DNA of 64,000 nt, from NCBI GenBank assembly GCA_043228905.1, contig JBHGNT010000006.1:7502001-7566000 (forward strand). The letters are read 5' to 3'. A model generated the notes under the pieces. That model ran no database searches, had not been told where the DNA came from, and worked only from the letters and a program-made list of their open reading frames with translations. Below are positions 37,990 to 51,614 of this stretch, piece after piece. This DNA comes from Azolla caroliniana (Eukaryota > Plantae > Polypodiophyta). The position numbers were made by a program, and so were the translations under genes. Numbering within the stretch: position 1 is the first letter of the stretch; each line of letters opens with the position of its first letter.

Positions 37990-40900
37990 TGTTGTCACAA
38001 AGTTACGTTGTCGTGAAGATTTCCGGCTACGGTGAGAAACTCGGGTGGGACAAATAAAAACAAGATGTGCAACATTGCACGTGAACTTAGGAAAAATGTA
38101 ACATAGGAATAATAGACAAATGTAAGGAGGAAAAGTAAGATGTAAAGCTATAAAGGTGATGTGCACTTTGTAGACTAGAGGGAGGCACATGAAGTATGGG
38201 TGTAGAAAGTAGTGGTCATTGAGTATGTCGATGAGAGGAGAGGGAGTTAAGACCCATCAATCTCACCTCCTAAGATCGAGGTCAAATACTCTCCTTTGAA
38301 AGAAAGGGGATTTGACCACTCCTTTTTGTAATGTGCCTCACTCCTTATTACTATAAGAGGGAGTGAGGGGTCACTTTTGAGGGGCTTCCACTTTTGGGTT
38401 TCTTTGGGTTGCCATTAGGGTTTCGAAATTTTGGGTTTTAGGATCTCGTTTTAGGGGTTTCATTCGTATTCTTCTTCTTCTTCTTCTTTTCCCCTATCTG
38501 GTTAGGGTTTCATCTAGAGGGTTTACATTCGGCCTACACGGTCACGATTGGTGTGGTGTTTTCCATAATGTATCTTGTCTTGTTTAGATCTTATTCTCTT
38601 GAATCTTAATCTCTCACATTTTAGTCTTTCGCTTCCTTCTCAGTTGAACTCCCAAGCTTCTCTCCCTCCTCTTACTCCCTAGTCCAAGACCCCTGTGGTC
38701 TCGTCCTATTCGACACGCACGCCCGGATTTCCGCGACAACGTGCATGTGTGTGCTACTTGAGCGGGACCACGAGGATCTTGGACCAAGGAGGCTCGTCTA
38801 AGTCGAAGGCTTGTCAAAGTTGAAACCTCGTTAGAGTTGAAGCCTCCTCATAGTCGAAATCTTGTAGGAGCCAGAGCAAGTGGTGAATTGAACAACGATT
38901 AAGAGCAAAGCACTCGATTAACCCAAAAAACATGAGATTACGAAAGGATTTCACAATATTAAGTCCAAAATAAACCACTTTGTAGGTTGACAACACTAGA
39001 TTACAAAAGAATACCCTTTATAAAGAGGTTTTACAAGTATGTTGAGGAGAAGAAGAAGATGATGAAGAAGAGAAGAATAAATGGAGAAGATAAGTTCATG
39101 AGTAGAGCTTTAGGGGGAGATCCCCGAGTTTCGTTGCAATGTCCCAACAAACGACGTCCACATCACCTCTTGTCAATGTTGGTCTTGCACACCTCTTTTT
39201 ATTCGCAATCCTAGCTGACCTCTCTTTGAATTTTGGTAGCTTTCTACATCTCTCCCTTTTCCCCCCAAGAATGAGCCCTCTCCCCCCCTTTTATAGGATT
39301 CAAAGGCTCTCTCCCAAAATAAAAAAAGTGGGTGTTTTTTTTTTTAATGCACCGTACTTGTTTCTTTTTACCTACATACTCTACCTTCCTTTGAGCGACC
39401 ATATCGCCGCGCAAGCAATGACGGTGAGGAAGGAGAAACAACTGCGGGGAAATGTGAAAGAGGAGAAGAAGAAGTTGTGGGAAGGACTCCGAATGGTTCA
39501 AGAAAGTCTGAACCAGATGAAGGAAGAAAAGAGACATTACAACAGGAAAGAGAGAAACTCCGAAGGATGGCCAAAATAGAGATCGAACGGTTACAGGAAG
39601 AGCTCCGACAATAGAAGGATCGGGATGATCGGTTGGGGGCACAAGTCAACTGACACTTAAAGGACAAGCATGCCGATTTCGAGAAATTATATCAAGATCA
39701 CAAAGGAGATGGAAAAGGAGTTTGACCGGAAATGAGAGAAGCTCAAGGAGGTGTGGGCGGAATTAAAGGAAAAGAACGAGGCCCTGTGATCGCAAGAGAA
39801 ATTCTTTGAGGAAACGAAGGAGAAGATGAGAGAAGAAACCACAATGGAAAAGACAAAGGCTACTGGAAGATCGAGACTGGGTAATTGAACGCTTCCAAAG
39901 AACTGCTAATAAAGGTCCAAACGAGATATCAAGCTCAACTGACAGCATACGAGGTTCAATCCAAGGCAGCAATACAACAGATTAAGCGCCTCAAACAAGA
40001 AAAGCAGGCCCCGGAAGAAAAGATAGAGATGGCATAAAGAGGATCCAGATAATTGTCGATAACCGGCGACAACGGATACAGGAAAAACTTGAAGAATGCT
40101 CTGCTCGGCTGTGATATGGAAGGAATGGTCGGCACATGTGGCAGAACTACAGGTGCTCCAAGCATATGCAGAAAATAGGGCAAAAGCCGGTGATAATTTC
40201 TATAAGATGGATGAAGAAAGTATCGTCACGGTTCGAGAAGATTTATCCGACGATTTTTAGGCAATGGCCCAAGTACAAACTGACGAAATTCGGAGAATTT
40301 TGGAAGTGTTCAATGATGACCAGCTGTAGCTGACATTGGACTTGGATGCAATAGATCGGGGTGGACCAAGTTGATCGGGTAGATCTGTGTGATGAAGAGT
40401 GACCGGAGGACGAAAGGGAGTAGACACAACCGCATCAGTCGAGGGAGCAGGAGTCGATGCATCCAAGGATGGACGACTCGGAGGACGCATCACAAACCGC
40501 ACAAGATGAACAACGGGCGGAACAACCGGAGAATCAAGCACAACAGCAACTGCAAACGGAAGAGGAGGAACCGTCACAACAAAGGAGTACGCCGCCAGAC
40601 CAAACGACAGACAATCAACAAAGCATACTGGACATTTTGGAGGAGAGTTGAGGGTGTGTGGGTTCGACGTGCAAGGCATTGTTCCAAGGGCGTGCCAAGT
40701 GTTGCCCAATGAAGCTGTGACTGGAGTCGAAGGAGTGAGGACAGAGAACCAAAATCCGAAAGAGGTGTGAACCGGATAAAATAGGAACCGAAGGATATTA
40801 TAGAAAAAGAAGTAATTAGTAATAAACGAAACATTGTAATGTAAATAGTATTATGAGGTGCCGGATACGGAAAGATGTACTGATCCGGGTGAACACCGTT

Positions 40901-41154
40901 TTATATCAGAATCGCCTACCTATATAAGGAGTCCGAATTGTAGTGATTAAACAACGAATAATATAAGTCTGTATTGTTCTATCTTTTGTACTTGCCCTCT
41001 ACACTTTTATGTTTTAATCTTACGCATGTTCATTCATATCCGAATTGTGTATCGAATAGTGTGTCGGATAACCGGATACTATGTATATGTACCGGAGAAC
41101 GTAACCAAATAATTCATAATTGTATGTGTGTATTATTCCATCTCTCCAACCACA
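37990..41154 (+). mobile_element. Nested LTR-retrotransposon fragments ending in a PPT and LTR (~40657-41154)
   Basis: LTR-like blocks with TATA (tataagagg, tatataagg); broken coiled-coil/Glu-Lys-rich frame at 39400-40650; purine tract ggaggagagttgagggtg followed by TG...accaCA. Confidence 0.5.
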
Positions 41155-41179
41155 CCTTTGGATAGTATTCCGGAAGGGG

Positions 41180-44100
41180 AGTACATTGTGTTTGCGACTA
41201 AGTCTTAGTCCAAGACAAACAATGATGATGAAATGGTGCAAAGATGCCTCTTCAACCTTGCACCACGGTTCGGCACCATGCGAACCACCGTCCTAGCAAG
41301 TGAGGACCCTCCCTCTTTCATCAACCTCTAGTTGATGCTACTGGTCAAAGAAAACCATATACGAACAAGAAGCACCGCCTCGGAAGGACAAATGCTCTAC
41401 ACACACTCAGACGGTGGTAGAGGACAAAATCACAAAAGGAGAGTACGATTCGGCCAAACAAGAAGCGGACGAGGTCCAAGCCATGAGGGAAACTCCTACA
41501 ATTGACAAGAAAGCGTAAACACCCATGGAGCGTTCGGCTGAAGGGGGAGCTCCCATGCCGAACTAAGTCGACAATACAATTTTGTCGAATGTGGATACTG
41601 TGGCAAACTCGGTTACCACGAGTAAGAGTGTCGATAGAAGAAAAGTGAGTCGGCCTCCACAAGCCGACAACTCACAAACTATGCCACAAACTCCGACTAT
41701 GATGAGTATGGCAAGATGTCTATGAACTCTATGTCGGCCTCTGGCCTGGCCAACACTTCTAGTTCGGAAAATGTATGGTTTGTCGACTCCAACACATCCA
41801 ACCACATGACGTCCCATGAAGGATGGTTCTGAGAGTTGCGAGTGCCCGACCGACCCGGTTATGTGGAAACAAGAGATGACACTATTCACCCATTCGGCAT
41901 GTCGGCAATGTCCCATTCGGAAAAGACATTGACTAAACCTACTTTAAAAAGGTCTTGCATGTTCTGACCATAACAAAGAATTTGGTCTCAGTCGGCCAAA
42001 TTGTGGAACAAGGCATGCAAGTCCATTTCAACCACGGGGGTTGCTTCATTGAAAAGGAAGGACACCTCATCTCTCATGGACAAAGAGAAGGCCAAATGTT
42101 CATTCTCAACTCTCATAAGATGAAATGAGTTATATTCACAAAGGGCTATATAACACAAAAGAATCGGCCATATCAATCTCCAAAAGCTCAAGGGTATGCG
42201 GGCGAAAGGAGTCAATCGGACTCCTGACTTTCAAAGATAAGGAGATTGAAGGCATATGTGTACCCTATCACTTAGGCAAACAACATCGACACCCGTTCCC
42301 GAAAGAAAGAAATGTAAGCAAGGGCATCCTAGACGCAATCCACTCATATGTGTGGGGACTGGCTCAAACGGCAACTTTCGGTGGATGCCAGTATTACATC
42401 ATGTTTATTGACGATCACTCCAAGCACACTTGGATTTATCCAATGCGCCACAAGAACGAAGTGTTGTACACACTTCTAGAAGCGCATAGTCGAAAAGGAA
42501 ATAGGTCGACATTTCGACACCTTCGGTCGGACGGAGGTAAAGGATACTTCTCTGATGCCTTCACGACATACCTTTGACAAAAAGGAATTCGGCGAGAATT
42601 TATTTGCCGACATACACCTCAACAAAATGGAGTAGCTAAAAGCAAAATTCGACACATACTCAAGGTGGCTAAGGCAATGATGAACGAGAAGAACTTGCCG
42701 AAGACTTACTAGGCCGAAGTGGCGAATATTGCCATATACCTAATGAACTGGTGTACAACATCCGGCGTGCATGACATCTCCCCCCACAAGAAATATTACG
42801 GAAGAAAGCTGGATCTATCCCATCTATGGATATTCGGCACTCTTGCTTGCGTGCACAATCCCGATGAAAAGTTGTCGAAGCTTGATCCGAAATTAGAGAA
42901 GTGCATCCTCATGGGGTACTCACTTGAGCAAAAGGGTGAACTTGCCGAAGACTTACTAGGCCGAAGTGGCGAATATTGCCATATACCTAATGAATTGGTG
43001 TACAACATCCGGCGTGCATGACATCTCCCCCCACAAGAAATATTACGGAAGAAAGTTGGATCTATCCCATCTATGGATATTCAACACTCTTGCTTGCGTG
43101 CACAATCCCGATGAAAAGTTGTCGAAGCTTGATCCGAAATTAGAGAAGTGCATCCTCATGGGGTACTCACTTGAGCAAAAGGGGTACAAATGCCTAAACC
43201 CCTCTACTTGAAAAGTTTGTGTGAGTTGAGACGTTGTATTCGACGAAGCAACATCATGGTATGGACCCGACGTAGCCCCATCTAAACTGATTGAGGAAGA
43301 GCTGGATATTGCCACGGAGGACGATGATCAACTAAGGCTTATACCAGAGGATAGTCCAATCTCGACCAGGTTGAATGGACCACAAGAACCTCCAAGAAAT
43401 CAAAGCACGTCATGGACAAGTTCCGCACCAAATAAGGGAAAAGCCAAGCTGCCCGAATACGAAGTCAACCACTCCGGTGGAAGTGGTGTAGACAAGCCAG
43501 CACACTCGGTTAAGAACGACTTTGGTGTACCCATCATGAGGACACCTGGAGTAAAGAAAACCCTTGCATACACAAACGAGAAACTCTGTTGCTCGACCCT
43601 AGAAAAGAATGCAATCAACTGATTCGAGTACAATGACTACATGGCATACCACTATGCCTTCATGATGAAAGTCACAATTGTACGTGAGCCGGAAAGCTTT
43701 GCCAAAACTGCTCGAGATCCACAATGGATCGAGGCAATGAATGAAGAAATGCAAGCCCTCAACAAGAACAACACCTAGGACCTTGTTCCCTGTTGACCTC
43801 ACCGGAAAGCAATTGGTTGTCTGTGGATATACAAGGTTAAGTACAATGTTGATGGCTCAGTCAATCGGTACAAAGCCCTTCTTGTCGCACAAGACTACCG
43901 CAAACCCATGGTGTTGACTATGAAGAGACCTTCGCACCGGTGGCAAAGATGATGACCATTCGAACCGTAATTGCGTTGAAGCAACAAAAGGATGGCATCT
44001 CCATCAAATGGACGTAAAGAACGCTTTTCTTCAAGGCAAATTAGACGAGGAGGTGTACATGGTACAACGTCCCGACGTCAAGTCAAGCACACACACAAAA

Positions 44101-45480
44101 GCGGTATGCCAACTCAACAAGCATGTCTATGGTTTCAAGTAAGTGCTTGGAGCATGACATTCGAAGATAACACAATATCTTCATCAAATCGGCTTTCGGA
44201 TGTCAAAGTTCAACAATTCCATGTTCATTTGGAGCGATTCCAAAGGACAAGTATTCATCATAATATATGTCGATGACTTGGTAATTTGAGGAGAACACAT
44301 AGTTGACATCAATAACATCAAGAAGTTCCTCTCCAGCCAATTTGAAATGAAGGATATGAAAGAGCTCCATTACTTCCTAGGTATCGAAGTAATTCGGACC
44401 CGAACAACATTATGATCTCCCAACGACACTACATTCTCAACTTTTTATACAAGTTTGGGATGATAGAGTGTGAACCTATGACGACCCCTCTCAATCAAAA
44501 CCTGAAGCTTGATGTCGACTCTGACACCATAGAGTGCGAGCCGACACGATATCGACAACATGTTGGAAGCCTAATCTACCTTACCATTACCCAACCCGAC
44601 CTCATCTATCTGATCGGCCTCCTTAGCTAGTTTATGCAGACACCATGTAATATTCATCTGGATTGCGCTAAGAGATTCTTAAGAATCTATGTAAGTGGTA
44701 CGATGCATTACAACATCCTCTACAAATTGGCAAAGCCAATTCGACTTGAAGGGTACATGGATGTCGATTGGGCCGACTACAAAGCCAACAGACGATCAAC
44801 CTCCAGTTTCGTCTCCTCCCCCGGAAGTAGAGCAATATATTGGAGTAGCAAGAATCAGTTGATAATCGCACTGTCGACCTTCAACATATCGGCACAAACC
44901 TTCAGACGGCCGACATTTTCACAAAAGCCCTAAGAGTCGACAAGCTTCGGCAATTCACGACAGATCTTGGTCTTTCGACCCCCGACTTGCTGATCTTGAG
45001 GGGGAGTGAGCTGAACATCAACAAAAACTGAAAGACTGTCATAGAACCGAACATCAACAAAAATTGAAAGACTGTCATAGAACCGAACACAAAATGAGTT
45101 GGTCACCGAAGTCGCCGAAGCCGGACATCATCAAAGTCGGAACCCAGACAACACCTAGAAGAAAGTCGATTGTCCAACAACTGAAGTTGAGCTCGAAGGG
45201 GCATGTTGAGAATCAAAATCAACTTCCCTTGTCATAGGCATAACTCTTATGACACATAATTATAAGGTCGTTAAGGTTTCCCCCCTTTCCTGAGGGGTAG
45301 TTTTAGTAAGAGAATATAGAGAGAAGGTGACTATATAAGCACCTTCTCCTCTTCTTTGTATGTGGTTGGTTAGTTATCATTCCTTGTTAATATACAATTT
45401 TTTAGTTTTTTGTCTACCTTGTGTTGACTCTCTCTCTCTCTCACACACACACACACTACTAACTCATTTCCGCTCCACAG
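41180..45480 (+). mobile_element. Degenerate Ty1/Copia element (gag-pol remnants and truncated 3' LTR)
   Basis: Protease VWFVDS; integrase IHSYVWG, MFIDDHSK, LRSDGG, QQNGVA; KLDPK..KCILMGYS; RT (EPESF...WIEAMNEEM, HQMDVKNAFL, YVDDL, LHYFLGIEV); RNase H (DWAD..RRST); LTR start tgttgagaatc at 45204. Confidence 0.9.
42691..43184. repeat. 247-bp near-identical tandem duplication in Copia integrase
   Basis: Units 42691-42937 and 42938-43184; twin ORFs MANIAIYLMNWCTTSG... at 42719 and 42966. Confidence 0.95.
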
Positions 45481-46339
45481 AATCACATGTTTCTTTGCAA
45501 GTACAACCACATCGCGATGAACCCTTTCTCCTTTGAGTGCAAGGAAGCACTCATCGAGGCACACTTGTGCGATGGCAATCATACCTAGTCACACGATTGC
45601 CCCCTTTCCGCAAGCATGTGTGATACTTGATTTGAACATGCATAAGCATATCTTGTAACTTAAAGGGTTCTACCTAAGTCACTTTTAACTGCCTAGTCTT
45701 GTTATATTTGGCAACAATCTTTCCCCCTATGTCATCTGGTGTTTCCTTTTGTATTGATTGGCAATGGCATTGGTCAATTAGTGAGTTTATGTATGCACTA
45801 GCAATGTCGTGATCATGAAGATCACTCGCCCAATGTTTCTTTAACTCTTTAAGAGTCTGTGACAATGGGTGATGGGATGTGCCCCATATGACTCCAATTT
45901 TATCTTTTTTATGTAACTTACTTGAAGATTTGGCAACACCTTAAGGTTATGTAGATTGCACTCTCATTTCTTAGCATGAGAGTTGGCTCTTCATGCGACA
46001 CCATGCATTAGGATTGGGAGGTGCACCCTTTCAGACATCTTTTAATTGTTCTATTGTGACCTTAACTAGTCTCGATAAATGTTTAACCATCAATTCATAC
46101 GTACCTTGATTGAATGCAAAATACACGGGGGAACAATACATCAAGGGATCCACCATGTCCTCTCGGGTTCGGATGTAGAGGATTCGTTGTCTTCCTCGGA
46201 TATAAATGACGTCATGGAATATGATGACATTTCCTCCAATTCGTCTTTTGACATTGCACATACCTTGCTGTCAAATAGAATAATTGTCATCAAACATCCT
46301 ACTTGCTTCTACACTTTCCCTCTAGAGGAAAACTAGTAG

Positions 46340-46600
46340 CACAAGCTTTGGCAGATGATTCTTTCATGTTTCTACAAGCTCCGCGAGAGAAGCTTGAGAA
46401 GGGGATGCTTGTATGGAACCAATTTGCATTGGCTTCCAGATTACATATTAATTGGAGGAAGTCTAGTCTCACATAATGTACTGAAAAGGATTTGGAAAGT
46501 TTAAGATGGCAAATATCCGTGGTGAAGAAAGGCTCTATTTTTCGACACTTGGGGTATCCATTGGGAATGAATGCTACAAACGGTCAATTAATTGAATGGA
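46340..46600 (+). mobile_element. Short L1 RT fragment
   Basis: GSIFRHLGYPLGMN...LIEW, the L1 F-x-Y/H-L-G-x-P-L motif. Confidence 0.5.
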
Positions 46601-46779
46601 TGTACAAACATACACACATATATGTATATTGACACCTTATAACACACTTTAAACATTCATCCACACTTACGCATTAGCTTACTTGCACATTTGATCCTAC
46701 AAATACATATACACACTTATCTACTTGGTTACAAACATATATGTATATATAACATAACACACACATACAAGTTCTACAC

Positions 46780-49625
46780 ATGCACGATAATTCTAAAAAC
46801 AGATTTTCAACTATTTGAAAGAAACCGAGTGTGGAAATCCACATCTTTGAGCATTCCAACATAAACACCTCAAGACAACCATCCTCTTTGGTTTAGCTCG
46901 CATTTGACATGCACGCATGCAACTTCGTGACAAGGTCTCTTCTTACATTGAAGTGAATGTGAACTAAGTGATATATAAGCAATAATTTGGATTGTGGACA
47001 ATAACATGCAATCTAAGATTTATCCGTGCTTGCGATTTCTCTACTCATCAAAGAATATGTTTTTGAAGTTAGGTGCAACATATGTAATATAACGTATGAA
47101 GCGTTGAGCCTCCACATTTTCCCATCTCATGATACATTGGCATTGCAAATAGAACTCATTTACAAAGAAATCTATTTTATTTTTTATTTTTTCCAAAAAA
47201 CAAAGAAATTTATTGATGCATCGTCATGGAAGTGTGACACGACCCATCTTCCAAACCTTGTTTCATATATTGCATAGAACTAGAATACAAATGTTTTTGG
47301 ATGATTTTGCTTGCAATATGATTTTAGGAAATCAACGTAAGCAACTTTTGTAAACCTTGAGCATGTACTCAACAACTCTTTCCATTTTCATTATCCCATT
47401 GGGAAGTGATTTTTTCTCAAGTAGGATGGTGTATGACATTTGTTTCTTGACTCTATAAGCATAATCAGTATTTTCGCTCGGCCTTCGGTGTTAATCGGCG
47501 AGAGGGTGGATGTGGGAAAAAGAAGCTGATTTTCTATTTCTTGATAAGGATGAGTGAAGATGGTGTCGGGGGCTAAAACATATTTTCAGGAGGGGATGAG
47601 GACAATATACTGATTTTGTTTTTGTATGTACAACCTTCAGTGTTAATCAGCGAGAGGGTGGATGTGGGAAAAAAAAGTTGATTTTCTATTTCTTGATGAG
47701 CGAAGATGGTGTCGAGGGATGACACATATTTTCAGGAGGGGATGAGGACATTATACTCATTTTGTGTTTTTGTAGGTACAAGCCTTCAGTGTTAATCAGC
47801 GAGAGGGTGGATGTGGAAAAAGAAGCAAAATTTCTATTTCTTGATAAGGATGAGGGATGATGATGTTGGGGGTTGAAGATATTTTCATGAGGGGATGAGG
47901 AGAGTAGACTCATTCTATTTTTGGATGTCAGGTCTTCGGTGGTAATGGGCGAGTGTTTCATGTGGAAGACGAAGATAATTTTGTATTCTTGAAGCCTCTT
48001 CGATTGAAAATAATGGCCTCCTTAATAGCAATGACAATGTCACATTGGAGAATGTAGATTATGACAATCAAGATACTAGGTTCGGTCTGGAAGAAATCAA
48101 TTAAAGTATGAATCCTCTGCATGCCTGTGATGGTATAGTTGTGATAAACAGAGCAAGGAAAATGTGACCTTGGAGACTATAGAGAAACACATTAAAGATT
48201 TGGAAGGAACTTTTTCTAATGTAGATCTCAATGAGGATATAAAGTCTTTTGGTCAGCCTTCATAAGGACAAGGTGACATGTTGAAGAAAATAGTTGCTTG
48301 GGCATCATGGGAATTTTGGTGTCAACAAATGCAACAGCCGAAGTAGGTATTGAAGTAGTCCATAGAAACTTTCAGCTAAGTCAAAGGCACTAGTATGTGT
48401 TCATCGTTGAATGGAAGAAGGTTAGGATGAATCATACTCAAAGGGGTTTCACAACACAATCGTTACATATAGAAGTCCAATCATGCCATTCTTTTTAGTT
48501 TTCCATTGAGTCTTTGAGCTCTATTATTGACCTATCATGGCTACAACCTTTATAATGTTGTTAGACTAATCATTTCATCATGTATGTAGGATTTCTACTA
48601 ATGAATAATATTTTTTTGGAAAAAGAAAAACTGTATTTTTGCTCTTCACAAGCATAATCTTCATTTTAAAGTTGTTGGCAGTCAACTCAGTATATGTCTG
48701 AAACTTTTCCAATTGCCTCATGAGCTTGTATGCATCTCCTAAAGTATTTGTAAAAGTCGCCACATCATTTTCGTAGAACAAAAGCATGGTGAGTACATTA
48801 TGAACAAAAATTTATTCAATGCCTTTGCCCTTTACAAACTTGTCAACTATTTTTTCTAATTCATCAATGCATATATTAAATAGATTTGATGAGAGTAAGC
48901 ATCCTTTATTAACAACAATAATGGTATTGAAAAGTTCTAAAATTCCATATTATACATGCACGAGACATATAGCCTTCTCATTGATTGGTGAAATTGCAAT
49001 CATGTACTTAATCAATACCCAAAGTTCTTCCACACACCTCTAAATATGCTCATGAGATACCACGTCAAAATCCTTCTCAACATCTATGAAGCAACAATAA
49101 TGACTTTCTTAATTTAACAATTGAAGGGTGATAAGGTGGTCAACGGTATTTTCGAAAGCCAACTTATATGTTTGCCCCCTTACATTATTTTTCAACCGAA
49201 ACACTTATCTCTAGTTCCATTACATATCCAAATAAATTTAGCAAAAGTGAGCCAACTACGATTGTCTATAGTCATTTACATTATTTGCATCTTCACCTTT
49301 ATAAAAAGGTTTGATCCAATTTGTACTCTAGCTATAACGAATGTCATGTAACAAAAATGGTTAAACACAACATTTACCTACTATCTACTTTTTGTTTCCG
49401 TCCATTTGATCATTTTGGCCTTTATAACTTGAATATCTCTGGCCTTTCGAGAGGTCAATTTCTTGTGCCCTATGCACACATCCTCAATTGTAAAGGAAGT
49501 CATATGTGAAAGAGAACCCTAACATGCCATATTTCCAACATTTTATTGCTCATATAAGCTATTGCAATAAATAGGGAAATCCCTCTCAACACGTTTCCCT
49601 TTTAGGTTTGGAAAAATTGTTGAGT
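46780..49625 (-). mobile_element. Degenerate LINE (RT and ETGRW-type tail), interrupted by a tandem-repeat segment and by the young L1
   Basis: Minus strand: HYCCFIDVEKDFDVV (~49105), NKGCLLSSNLFNICIDEL (~48910), LLFYENDV (YADD-like, ~48780); 46880-47140 resembles 11300-11480. Confidence 0.65.
47482..47980. repeat. ~150-bp tandem repeat, about 3.3 copies
   Basis: ccttc.gtgttaatc.gcgagagggtggatgtgg.aaaa...ttctatttcttgat...ttttcaggaggggatgagga at 47482, 47634 and 47783, plus a partial copy at ~47933. Confidence 0.9.
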
Positions 49626-49640
49626 AAGTTCCATATTCTC

Positions 49641-51614
49641 GTTAGCCACCATGTGGCACTCGGTGGCATGTTGGGTGTTAGACAAAACTTGCATCAAAAA
49701 TATTAAGGCAATGGTGAGAGGGTTCCTATGGTCGGGTAGAGACCATGAGAGGGCATCAGCTAAAGTGGCGTGGAGTTGTTTGATCAAGGCGAAAAACCAA
49801 GGTGGACTTGGGTTGGTGGATCCAGTTCACCAAAGTAAAGCTTTACTAGGTAAGCTACTTGTGCGAAGTTTACAACCTGGTCCTGAACTGTGGAAGTTGC
49901 TTCTTAGGGATAGAGCTGACCTTTGGTGTCCAAGGAATGGCGGCCCTTGGAAGGCAAAGATGTGGTGGTTGTTCAGTCCAGATTTTAAGCTGAAACAACC
50001 AAATAGCATGGAGGACAGGGTGGCCCGTGCCATAATGATGGCTTGGTCAAGTGTAAGAGATGGGTTGGTCTTAATGCAACCGAAAACATTGGAGGAACAA
50101 CTCCGACAACCGTTATTTTGGAACCCTAGGATTAGAAACGAGGACGGCATGATGCTTGGACAGAAAAAATATTTGCCATGGGGCTGCATGTTAGGGTACA
50201 ATGTTAGTTCAGTAAGAGAGTGGGATGTTTTCAAAATGAAGAGGAGGGAGGGTCAGTTTGGTAGCATTTCTTGTAGGCTTGAGAAGGTGACCCAACTGAT
50301 AAATAAGGCTGTTGATGGTCTAGATAGGTTGGATAAGGAAGAGGGGGTCTGGTCTGGGTGGTTTGTAGGTGAGAGTGATGGACAAATTATCCGTGGCAAG
50401 TGTCCATCTAATGAATATCGTTTGTGGGGAAACCTAAGTGCTTTGTCCGACAATGGTCAGTGGTTGGCAGTGCGGGTGGCAGTGTTGGAAGGTAAGAAGT
50501 GGCAATTAAACCCAAACCCAGGGAAGCTAGATAATGATTGTAAACTATGGCTATTGGACAACAAGCCTCTACATGATTTGGAGTGGGATCCACTAGAGGT
50601 ATGGTGGCAAAAACCGGGAACGAACAAACTGGTGGGGTTTTTTTATTATAGTACTAAGCTCGGAAGGCAAATCATTGGCTCCAAATCAGTGGGTGCTGCT
50701 CAAACTTGCAATAGTTGGAGGGATAAAGGCATATCAGATGACTTGTTGAAGTCGTTTTGGCGGAGACTATGGGCATCTGATATGCCAGAAAAAATCAAGG
50801 TGTGGTTTTGGCTTCTTAGTCATAAGGCGTTAGCGGTAGGGGAGTGGAGGAGGTCTCGTGGTGGGGAGGCTGGTTGCCTGTTATGTGGTCACTCTTTGGA
50901 ATCGATACCTCACTGTTTTTGGAATTGTGCAGAGGCAATCAGCATTTGGGGTCGAAGTCTCAGGATAGTGGTAGCATGCGGGGTGAATGGGAGAGTTGTG
51001 TGGGGGTCCTTACAGGGTTTGAAACTAACTAAGGAAGGTTGGGCGGAACAATTAAATCCACATGGTCATGGTTTTATATTGCAGGGCGGCAGTGTATTCA
51101 AAAGTGTTGGAGTAGAACCTGGTACAAACTCTGGTTTTTTTGAGGAGATATGGATGTTGGTGGCATGCTTCTCGGTCTGGCACATTTGGACCAGACGATG
51201 TATGTTTGTTTTTCAGCAACGAAAACTCCCAAGCGGTGAGGTGTTGCTAAACATTTGGTTCGAGCTGGTATCTTGGCTGCGTGGACAGTACAACTCAATT
51301 GAAGGGAACTCGGATGCAGCAGACAGGGCTCGCTCAAAGTTTTTGCTGAAATGGGGTCGCTCTCCTATGATGGTTAATTCAGCGTCTGGTCCTAAATGGA
51401 ATTACCAAGCACCAAGATGGTTGTTTCCGCCATTGGCTTCGTTGTGAATATGTGGTCACCATGGTGGTCTCTATGTAAAAAGAGGCAGCAGTGGGTTACT
51501 CTTGTTGTAAATAGTTAGGTGAGGATTATGCTGTTTTGATTATGGCTGTTCTTCGATGTAATTCTTTTGCTAACTAATGGGAAGTAGTGTTTTTTTGGGA
51601 AAAAAAAAAAAAAA
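49641..51614 (+). mobile_element. Young 5'-truncated L1-type LINE with uninterrupted ORF2 C-terminal part (598 aa, zf-RVT)
   Basis: 15-bp TSD AAGTTCCATATTCTC (49626-49640, 51615-51629); poly(A) tail; ORF 49651-51447 with FLWSG...KVAWSCL..K.QGGLGL and WASDMPEKIKVWFWLL...CLLCG..ESIPHCFWNC. Confidence 0.95.
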
